63,608 bases of DNA from a virus (taxonomy: Duplodnaviria; Caudoviricetes): positions 1-63,608 of the IMG/VR virus record IMGVR_UViG_3300032282_004026; one strand, 5' to 3'. Made by a program: the position numbers and the translations under genes. Positions 20,599-28,764 of this stretch are shown piece by piece; position 1 is the stretch's first letter; each line of letters begins with the position of its first letter. Under the pieces are notes generated by a model. It was not told the DNA's origin. It ran no database searches and saw nothing but the letters and a program-made list of their open reading frames with translations.

Positions 20599-21944
20599 AA
20601 TCCAAATTTCCTTCTTGATGCATTGAAGTTTTGTGATACTTCATTTTGTGATAGTGCTCTATTATATACTTTAATATTTGCAATTCCACCAGCAAATTGT
20701 CTACTGCTACCTTCTTGACCAATTTGTATAGAAGATCCAGTTGCAGCATTACCACTTACACCACCTACAGAAGTTCTTACACCATTGGTGTATTGATATA
20801 TTGTAGACGTTGAATAATCCCAAACTGCAACAAAACAATTCCAAGTACTTCTATTAACTGAAGCACCAGATTCGTGATATCCTTCACTTGGATGACTATA
20901 CCAATAATTACTTAATCTTGCTGCGCTTTTATTCCAGCTCATATAAATTGTTTGGCCGCCGCCTAACCAAAACATACATCCACGATCATCGCCCTGTACT
21001 TCAGTTTCTGGATATACCCATATTTCTATAGTAGCACTAGTAGTAGGCTGAGTGTTAAGTAAAGTACCGGTGAATTTTTGACCAGTAGAAGTTAATCGAA
21101 AACAATTAACACCAGCTAATTGTGTATATGTTGGAGTATTTGCTGCATTTACTTTTTGTGCGCTATTGCTAAGATCTCTCCAAACACTACTTCCATTATT
21201 TAATAATTCAGATATTGTTGGTTCTGTACCATCACATAAATCAATTCTTGGTGACATGAATTGTAGTCTTGTTGTAGAATCACCACAATAATAATGATAC
21301 GTTCTATGGAGTGCTGAACTACTAGAAGGATCCCATTTTAAGTCTTGACCAATATTGCAACCATTGACGTCCATAACTTTTGTAGTGCCGCCAGCAATTG
21401 TAAAATAACCGGTGTTAGGATGTCTTCCTGCATAAGTAGTAGTGTGCGGATAAACGTGACCACATACTAAATACCATTGATTTTGCGTTAAAGCGCTAGT
21501 GCCTACACATTCCCAATATGGGTTACCTTGGGTTGCACCATTGTCAGTTCTTCTAACTTCAGCTCCTCCAGCTCCTGTTCCAAAATAAAATGTTCCAGCA
21601 CCAGTTGAACTTGTTCGTCTAACCCACACTGAAAATCTATATAATTTTGTTGGATCTATTGCTGGGTAATCAGTATTCCATCCACCATCTGCATTACCAT
21701 CGCCTGATGCGTATGTTCCCCAGACAATGCTTTGATTACCCCAAGGATCTGTATCATATAATCTAGTGTTCTCTCCAGTATTTCCATTTTGATTATACCC
21801 AGAAACACTACCAGAACTTACTGTCCAACTATTAGAGTTGATTAAAGAAGTTTGCGCTGCACCAATGTGTGATTTTCTATTACTTGCATCAAGCGCTAAT
21901 ATCAATCCATTAGTTACTATTGAAGGAGAAGTACTTAATGCCAT
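20595..21944 (-). CDS. LamG/ConA-like protein with an inserted beta-sandwich domain
   Basis: PSIVTNGLILALDA...WRDLS...KVYNRALS..EV.QNF.A.R.KFG; ATG at 21944 preferred. Confidence 0.8.
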   Translation of the reverse strand: MALSTSPSIVTNGLILALDASNRKSHIGAAQTSLINSNSWTVSSGSVSGYNQNGNTGENTRLYDTDPWGNQSIVWGTYASGDGNADGGWNTDYPAIDPTKLYRFSVWVRRTSSTGAGTFYFGTGAGGAEVRRTDNGATQGNPYWECVGTSALTQNQWYLVCGHVYPHTTTYAGRHPNTGYFTIAGGTTKVMDVNGCNIGQDLKWDPSSSSALHRTYHYYCGDSTTRLQFMSPRIDLCDGTEPTISELLNNGSSVWRDLSNSAQKVNAANTPTYTQLAGVNCFRLTSTGQKFTGTLLNTQPTTSATIEIWVYPETEVQGDDRGCMFWLGGGQTIYMSWNKSAARLSNYWYSHPSEGYHESGASVNRSTWNCFVAVWDYSTSTIYQYTNGVRTSVGGVSGNAATGSSIQIGQEGSSRQFAGGIANIKVYNRALSQNEVSQNFNASRRKFGL

Positions 21945-21945
21945 G

Positions 21946-22494
21946 TTATACCCACACAAAAATATTTTTCACGATAGTAACAGAACCGCCACCAACAGAA
22001 CTACATGCTCTGCCGTGGCCAACTCCGCCAGTTTGTCCATTCATATTTCTTCTTCTTATAAAAGTACATTTTCTATAAGTACCAGTGTTATATCGCATAA
22101 AATTATTTGCATCATTATCACATGCACTCGCTTTAGCATGACTTGCAAAATCAGGCATATCTTGCGCTAAGTATGTTTTTACACAACGATCACCTTGTGC
22201 TTCGTCATAATCATAAAGATTGCCGCCCTGACCATATCCGCTTGCTTGCATGAACGACCAGCATGCAGCTGAACCAGTAAGCCAAAATTCTGCTGAGACA
22301 TATTTCCAGTTAATCCAATTATGAATGTTAATAGTGAATCCACTTGATTGACATCCATCGCCAGTATCATGTCTTATAGTTGCAGAATAGCCATTTGTAT
22401 TATCTTGTGCAGTAATAGTCGTGCCTACAAGAGTAACAGAATGTATCATATCCTGTGTTACAATCGTTCCTTTTCTACCATATACTACAGACAT
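21946..22494 (-). CDS. Cys-containing hypothetical protein
   Basis: ORF packed into the operon; ATG at 22494 preferred; six Cys. Confidence 0.6.
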   Translation of the reverse strand: MSVVYGRKGTIVTQDMIHSVTLVGTTITAQDNTNGYSATIRHDTGDGCQSSGFTINIHNWINWKYVSAEFWLTGSAACWSFMQASGYGQGGNLYDYDEAQGDRCVKTYLAQDMPDFASHAKASACDNDANNFMRYNTGTYRKCTFIRRRNMNGQTGGVGHGRACSSVGGGSVTIVKNIFVWV

Positions 22495-22495
22495 A

Positions 22496-22711
22496 TTACC
22501 ATTTACCCTCTGGACAAAATATTTCAACGTACTTAGTTCTACTTTTAAGTAGACATGAACACTTAGAACATGATTCGTTATTAACTATAAATTCACATGA
22601 TCTACATATAGAAAGACGCTGCTCTACTAATTCTGGTGAAGCAAAATCGCTTTCTTCCATGATGTGTTCAATAACTCGAGTTCCATCAACAATCTTTTCA
22701 ACTATTCTCAT
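22496..22711 (-). CDS. Small Cys-rich putative metal-binding protein
   Basis: RL.IC..C.......C..C.C....T......CP..KW pattern. Confidence 0.75.
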   Translation of the reverse strand: MRIVEKIVDGTRVIEHIMEESDFASPELVEQRLSICRSCEFIVNNESCSKCSCLLKSRTKYVEIFCPEGKW

Positions 22712-25700
22712 CCTTCATACTCCACTACTAATTTATCAATATCTACACGCTCACCATATACGACGAAGAAGCAATTGATTTCGCCTTCTTCACATCCAAC
22801 AGTAACTACATTATTAGATATATCTTCTACATATAATTTCTGATGCTTACCGATTGCTGTTATTGTAACTGTAATAGAATCTGGATCAACTAGTTTTGTC
22901 CAGTATTCTGGCAACTCAATCTTGTTCTTGCCTTTTAACTTACCACGAATATATACACCATTTTCTGGTCCTTCTAGAGAACCGTAACGTAGCTTCCAAC
23001 CTTCTTTAGTTGGGTGATCTATTAAAAATGATTTTGTTGTTGCAGTGAATGATCCATTTACTGCTAATTTTATACCAGACTGTTCTCCAGTAAATCCTAT
23101 TGCAACGTTTCCAGAATCTGTTGCTAATAAGCATCCACCATAAGTGCTAAGACCATATGATGGAGCTCCTCTACTACCCCATCCACCTGGACTACCAATA
23201 TGAACTCTTTCATATAGATGAACAAACTCTCCAGTTTGTGATCCTACAGCACGACCTCGTATTGTACCAACTGAAATAGCATGATCATCAACTTTAGTAA
23301 ATGAACATTGGGTTGCTGTTGTAGCACCTCTTCCAGTTACAGTTGCAAGCGTATCAGATTCAGCACTTAAGTATGAGTGACTATGTGATAGAGGTGCAAA
23401 TGCTTCATCCATCCAACCATGATAATTAGTCCATAAACGACCATTAGTAGCAAGAAGCATTCGACGCTCAGCAGCTGAATCTCCGCCATACATCCAAGCA
23501 AATGCATATGCACCTACACCTGATGCGTATTCGGTAGTACCATCAGTACGGAATGCCATTTGACGAGTATTACCATATAACTTAACGTTGGCGTCGTCAC
23601 CAGCATCACGTAACCAAGCATTGTTTACATCGTATGTGTGATTGTGACCAGAAGCTGCAGCACCAAGCGTACTATAATCAATTGTTCTTGCAGTACTGCC
23701 GTTAAAAGTAGTACCTGCTGCAGCACCTCCAGATGAAGTGAATGTTACAGAGTTTGTAGTAGTACCAGCTTCACTTTGTAACGCTAATCCACTACCGTTC
23801 CAAGTTGGACGAGCTCTTGGGAAGTTTACAACACCACTGTTGGTTATAGACAACGCTATCTGAGGACCAGTTGCATAACTGTTGGTAGTGGCAAAAGCCA
23901 TATGCGTGCCATCGCTACCATTATTATGCACATAAATGCCGGCCTGAGCTACATCAACTGTGTCACCTTGGAATGTAATAGCAGCTTGATATCCATTACC
24001 ACTTGTACCACCACCATTATTGAAGTGCAAACCACCAATAACAGTTTTTGCTACGTTAAACGTACCGTTCGCTAAACTAGTTGCAGAGTTACTTGCAGTT
24101 TTAATTATACCAGCAATTGAAGCATTACCATTTCCAAACAGCGCTAATACATTATTTAATGCTGTAGTTGCACCGCCGTCAGTACCAGCATCAAATAACA
24201 ATGCAGTGTTAGCGCCAAAGCCACCGCCTTGTGTACTGAATACTGAACGAATTCTCCAGTTTAGATAATCAGTTGTGCCAGAATCTTTAGCACCAAATCC
24301 GATAGATCCGCCAGCACCAATTGCTTGAGTAGAAGATTGTAAGTATAGTTGAGGTGGTACTTGGTTCCATGTTCTAGTTCCAAACGCAGTAGTACCTGTT
24401 GCCTGTGCTGTTCTTACGTCTATAGCAGTTGTTGCACTAGCACCTCTTCCAGTTACAGTTGCAAGTGTATCAGATTCTGCGCTTAAATATGAGTGAGTAT
24501 GACCATTAAGTGATACTGCTGTGCCATTCTGAGTAATAGCTCCTGTAGCATTAAATGTACCAGAGACGTTTAATTTATGACCACTATCTGTAGTGGTTCC
24601 AACCATAACGTTACCAGATCCAAAGATATTAAATACGTTATCTACTGAATGTAAACCTAGTGTTAAGAAATTAGAATTAGATCCTGCAGCCGCCCAGTTA
24701 AATCCTAAATAACCAGTGTTTTTAGAAGTTTCGGCTTGACCTACTAACATGATAACGTTTCTTCCGGCAGTATTAATGCCGGAATTCATAAATGATGCTA
24801 TCCAGTTAAAAGAGCTACCGCCGGTAGCTTGTGTTATTTTTAGAGCTGGTAAACCATCACCACCGCCACCAGTAAATGTAGTTACAGTGCTAGTACTTGC
24901 TCCACGGCCAGTTACAGTTGCGAGAGTATCAGATTCACTATATGATGTTAGATATGTGTTAGTATCAGATGATACCAATCCATTCGCATCTATCTTTAAG
25001 AAACCTGCTGAAACTGTCGTTGGTTTAATATAAACTGCAGTACCAGCACCTTTACCGATATAAACGTTTGCAGTACCGTATGTCGTACCGTTTGCTTGGT
25101 TACCGATATAAACGCTACCATATGTAATAGTGCCGTTAGCACCTGAACCACCGCCGTCGATATAAACACTACCACCCGTTTTAGTAATAGCATTGGTAGT
25201 TGATACAGAACCACCACTAAGATATACTGTACCACCAATTCCAGATGTAGTAGTTGAAGTTGAAATACCACCGCGTAGTGTAAGTTGACCAGCAGTTCCA
25301 GATGTACTCGTAGAAGCAGGACCACCTGCAACTGTTACATCACCGCCACGAGTTGCAGAGTTTGTATCTCCACCTGTAATATTAACGTTACCACCAATAC
25401 CAATTGTGGCCATACCAGCCGAGATATTGACGTTACCAGAGTTACCGCTTGTAGTACTACCGGAACTTAGAGTAACTGTTCCGGAATCTCCTGATGTAGA
25501 ACCACCTGCACCTGATTGGAATGTAGCAACACCAGATGCTCCAGTTGCACCACCAGCGCCAGATCTTGCGACAAAGCTACCACCTGCGCCCGCGCCAGAA
25601 CCTACACCGGAGATGATGTTAATATATCCACCCTGCGCAGTACCTGTGCCTGCGGCACCGCTGTTCATAACTAAGTTACCGCCATATCCAGAAGAACCAC

Positions 25701-26439
25701 CTGCACCAGCTTTTATGTTAAGTTGACCGCCTGTACCTGATGCAGTTGCAGAATCTTTTGTAGAAACTGTTAAGGCAATACTATCGATACTGGTAGTGAT
25801 TGTATTTGATGTAGCATTACCTAATGTTGTTGTACCACCGCTTAATGTAATGTTAGTTGAAGTTGTAGCACCTCTTCCAGTTACAGTCGCAAGAGTATCA
25901 GCTTCTGAGGTTAGATACGTTGTATTACTTGCTGCAGTTACTAAACCTTTAGCGTTAACTGTAACGTTATTGAACGTGCCTATGTTAGTGTTAACTGTCG
26001 CAAGTGTTGCATTAGTAATTGCTGTACCGGTATTACCCGATAAAGTCAAATCTCCGCCAGTTACTGAAATTGAACCAGATGGGATCGTTACAGCAGTTGT
26101 AGATATTGCCGTAACTAAACCTTTAGCGTTTACAGTTATAACTGGAACTGCTGATGCAGATCCAAAAGATCCTACGTTAGAATTTACTGTAGCAAGAGTA
26201 GTAGCAACTGCACCAGCAGTTGTAGTGATATCACCAGTCAGCGCTGGCATTCGTGCAGCAGGTAATGTACCAGAACTAATATTACTTGCGTTACTCGTAT
26301 CAGTTGTTGCAGATGTAGCTAAACCAGAAATCTTTGAAGCTGCAATCGCTGCCGATGCACTAATATCAGCATTAGTAATTGTACCATCTGTAATAAGCGT
26401 AGATGAAACGCCAAATGATAATTGACTATTGGTACTCAT
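22708..26439 (-). CDS. Long modular tail fibre (1243 aa)
   Basis: G/T/S-rich, TVNAKGLVT repeats, HxH motifs, four ESDTLATVTGRGA-type boxes, C-terminal KSFLIDHP...LEGPENGVY.RG domain. Confidence 0.85.
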   Translation of the reverse strand: MSTNSQLSFGVSSTLITDGTITNADISASAAIAASKISGLATSATTDTSNASNISSGTLPAARMPALTGDITTTAGAVATTLATVNSNVGSFGSASAVPVITVNAKGLVTAISTTAVTIPSGSISVTGGDLTLSGNTGTAITNATLATVNTNIGTFNNVTVNAKGLVTAASNTTYLTSEADTLATVTGRGATTSTNITLSGGTTTLGNATSNTITTSIDSIALTVSTKDSATASGTGGQLNIKAGAGGSSGYGGNLVMNSGAAGTGTAQGGYINIISGVGSGAGAGGSFVARSGAGGATGASGVATFQSGAGGSTSGDSGTVTLSSGSTTSGNSGNVNISAGMATIGIGGNVNITGGDTNSATRGGDVTVAGGPASTSTSGTAGQLTLRGGISTSTTTSGIGGTVYLSGGSVSTTNAITKTGGSVYIDGGGSGANGTITYGSVYIGNQANGTTYGTANVYIGKGAGTAVYIKPTTVSAGFLKIDANGLVSSDTNTYLTSYSESDTLATVTGRGASTSTVTTFTGGGGDGLPALKITQATGGSSFNWIASFMNSGINTAGRNVIMLVGQAETSKNTGYLGFNWAAAGSNSNFLTLGLHSVDNVFNIFGSGNVMVGTTTDSGHKLNVSGTFNATGAITQNGTAVSLNGHTHSYLSAESDTLATVTGRGASATTAIDVRTAQATGTTAFGTRTWNQVPPQLYLQSSTQAIGAGGSIGFGAKDSGTTDYLNWRIRSVFSTQGGGFGANTALLFDAGTDGGATTALNNVLALFGNGNASIAGIIKTASNSATSLANGTFNVAKTVIGGLHFNNGGGTSGNGYQAAITFQGDTVDVAQAGIYVHNNGSDGTHMAFATTNSYATGPQIALSITNSGVVNFPRARPTWNGSGLALQSEAGTTTNSVTFTSSGGAAAGTTFNGSTARTIDYSTLGAAASGHNHTYDVNNAWLRDAGDDANVKLYGNTRQMAFRTDGTTEYASGVGAYAFAWMYGGDSAAERRMLLATNGRLWTNYHGWMDEAFAPLSHSHSYLSAESDTLATVTGRGATTATQCSFTKVDDHAISVGTIRGRAVGSQTGEFVHLYERVHIGSPGGWGSRGAPSYGLSTYGGCLLATDSGNVAIGFTGEQSGIKLAVNGSFTATTKSFLIDHPTKEGWKLRYGSLEGPENGVYIRGKLKGKNKIELPEYWTKLVDPDSITVTITAIGKHQKLYVEDISNNVVTVGCEEGEINCFFVVYGERVDIDKLVVEYEG
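23321..25920 (-). repeat. Four dispersed ~60-bp coding repeats (YLxxE(S/A)DTLATVTGRGA)
   Basis: Copies near 23321-23380, 24437-24496, 24898-24966 and 25865-25920; the first two match at 55/60 nt. Confidence 0.9.
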
Positions 26440-26450
26440 ATCTTCCTTCT

Positions 26451-26909
26451 TTATCTATTTGGAGGTTGTGGCCAAACCACATTAAATGGAAACCCCGATT
26501 GTTCTGGCACATCTCTTAATGCTTGTCTGTATGGAACCCAAGCTTCTCGTGTAGCTTGTAGTACGTCTGGCAATTGCGTCCAATCGCAATACGCCAAACG
26601 CATATTTCTTTCTTGTATCATTGCTTGAACATACGAGTTTCTACCATCTTCTTGTTCTTCTGATGTTGTAGTTGAAACCCATTGCTCTGCCCAAGAACCA
26701 TCTTCTTGTTGAATTGGTAATGTCTTATATTTATGACCATCTATTGGAGGAAGTGTAGCAACCTGTAAAATCTTTACTACATTTGCTTCAGCTAATTCTT
26801 CATCACTTGGAGTCTCAGTGGTTAATACACCTTTGCTAACAAGATATTCGATTGAAGAAGGATAATATGATATATCAGATCCAATAATTTTTGCGTATGC
26901 GTAATTCAT
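26451..26909 (-). CDS. Tail fibre assembly chaperone (Phage_tail_APC-like)
   Basis: RN..L...DWTQLPD......W..YRQALRD.P.Q.GFP..V.WP..P. Confidence 0.88.
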   Translation of the reverse strand: MNYAYAKIIGSDISYYPSSIEYLVSKGVLTTETPSDEELAEANVVKILQVATLPPIDGHKYKTLPIQQEDGSWAEQWVSTTTSEEQEDGRNSYVQAMIQERNMRLAYCDWTQLPDVLQATREAWVPYRQALRDVPEQSGFPFNVVWPQPPNR

Positions 26910-26919
26910 TTTTCAATCC

Positions 26920-28692
26920 TTAACTATTATATGTATAAGCATAACCATACGTATATGCACCTGGATTTGTTACAGTAAATGTAGCATTACTGCTCCAAGG
27001 TTCTGGCGCACTAAATGCTGCTACTGTTAGTGCCGAACTATTAGTGTGCTGATTAGTACCAATACTTGTCCATCCACTAGGAGGAGTTGATATAGCAGTT
27101 GTCATATTAAGACTTGGGTTAGTTGAGAAAAAGAAGACTTTACCACCTTTATTATAAGTTGGATTATATGATAACATAGGACTCGATGAACTATTAGTAC
27201 TAACCATAGCAGAACCCATATTAGTCGTATTTGTTGTAGTTACCCAGCATGTTGCCATAGCATAACCAGAATACCCAGTAAAGTTTACTGAAACAGAAGT
27301 AGTAAATTGACTTCCAGTATTAACTTTATAAAGGACCATGCCGGTGCCCCCAGAATCTGGTCCACCAGAACTTGACAAAGAAAGTGAATAACCATTACAT
27401 GTTACACTGGATATATTTCCAGAACTTAAATTAGAGCCTATTATAGCAACCCATAATTGTTGACCAGATGTAGTTACGCCAGCTGGTGCAGTTAAATTGA
27501 TGCTACTAGTTGCGTATGCGCCATTAGTCCATGCAAGATTAGAAGCACTACCACCACTAGTTACCGGTGTACCCCAAGATAAATTCGTTCCATCAGTAGT
27601 TAAGAATTTACCACTATTTCCATATTGACCCGGTAAAGTAGTACCACCAGAAATAGCAACATAAGCTTGTGATACAGCAGTAATTCTTCCATATGCATCT
27701 ACTGTAAATTGTGGCAAATAGAAATAAGCACCACTTACATAACTATTTCCATAAGTATTTGCTGTTACTCCAGAAGTAGTAAGACTAATTGTCTTAGCTG
27801 CACTTCCATCAAACGTAGTACCAGAATCTAATTGTAATCCTGTGCCTGCAGTAAGAGAATATGTAGTACTACCTACGCTACTAGATTGAATTGCGCCACC
27901 ACCCCAAATGATGATGTTATCGCCTACAACACGAGCCTCATTTAGAACTACGGTTGTTCCATTAGATGCAGTATAATCTGAACTCGCTAGCGCAATACCG
28001 TTTGCAAATACTTGAACTGCACCAACAGTATATCCATTCGTAACAGTGAATGTCGTTTGACCTGCGGTTGCGGTATATTCTTGTTTCTTTTGAGCAATAA
28101 TGTCAGTCGTTAATGCAACAGTTCCAGTTGAAGCAGGTAACGTAATTGTATTTGAACCTGCAGCAGCTGCAGCTTTTAGTGTGATATTTCCAGAAGTTGA
28201 ACCGCTATAAAGTACACCGCCACCACCGACAGTTAGTGTAGAAGGAATTGTAAGAGCGCCTGCATCTGTTAAGTTAAGTATATTAGTAGTGTAACCACTA
28301 TTAATAATTTGAAGATCTCCAGTACTATTAAGTCTGAAGAATTTCTTAGGATTTGTGGCAGATGCATAGGTATTTTGAACTTCAAAGAAACCGTGATATC
28401 CAGTACCACCGCCTTGGTTATACCCTGCAAATCTTAAAGATGAATACGTGTTAGTATTATCACCAGCACCAGAAAGAGTAATTTGATTACTACTTGATGC
28501 GGCAGTATTAGTTACTGCTTGGAGAGATGGAGCAGCTGAACCTGACAAAAAATAGTCAATTGCATTTCCAGCTGTTTTGAAATATAGTTTACCGTCTTGA
28601 TAATTAAGAGCTAATTCACCATACGTTAAATCTGACGTAGTGGGAACTCTTGCAGCAACCGATGATTTCTTTAATAAAAGTTTGTTTGCCAT
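26920..28692 (-). CDS. Tail fibre with Mtd-N-like N-terminal domain
   Basis: LLKKSS....P....L.YGELALNY.DGKLYFK head; ATAGQTTF...VFANG.......DY module; TVDAYGRIT; GNSGKFLTTDG. Confidence 0.8.
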   Translation of the reverse strand: MANKLLLKKSSVAARVPTTSDLTYGELALNYQDGKLYFKTAGNAIDYFLSGSAAPSLQAVTNTAASSSNQITLSGAGDNTNTYSSLRFAGYNQGGGTGYHGFFEVQNTYASATNPKKFFRLNSTGDLQIINSGYTTNILNLTDAGALTIPSTLTVGGGGVLYSGSTSGNITLKAAAAAGSNTITLPASTGTVALTTDIIAQKKQEYTATAGQTTFTVTNGYTVGAVQVFANGIALASSDYTASNGTTVVLNEARVVGDNIIIWGGGAIQSSSVGSTTYSLTAGTGLQLDSGTTFDGSAAKTISLTTSGVTANTYGNSYVSGAYFYLPQFTVDAYGRITAVSQAYVAISGGTTLPGQYGNSGKFLTTDGTNLSWGTPVTSGGSASNLAWTNGAYATSSINLTAPAGVTTSGQQLWVAIIGSNLSSGNISSVTCNGYSLSLSSSGGPDSGGTGMVLYKVNTGSQFTTSVSVNFTGYSGYAMATCWVTTTNTTNMGSAMVSTNSSSSPMLSYNPTYNKGGKVFFFSTNPSLNMTTAISTPPSGWTSIGTNQHTNSSALTVAAFSAPEPWSSNATFTVTNPGAYTYGYAYTYNS

Positions 28693-28715
28693 AAATTAAA
28701 TCCTAACAAGGAAAG

Positions 28716-28743
28716 AAAAAAGGAGAGTATTGACTCTCCTTTT
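28716..28743 (-). terminator. Rho-independent terminator overlapping a late promoter
   Basis: - strand AAAAGGAGAGT-CAAT-ACTCTCCTTTT followed by TTCTTT. Confidence 0.82.
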
Positions 28744-28750
28744 ATTTATA
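28743..28750 (-). promoter_or_regulatory. Late promoter TATAAATA
   Basis: Exact consensus abutting the 5' arm of the terminator. Confidence 0.8.
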
Positions 28751-28764
28751 TACTTGGTGAAGTA

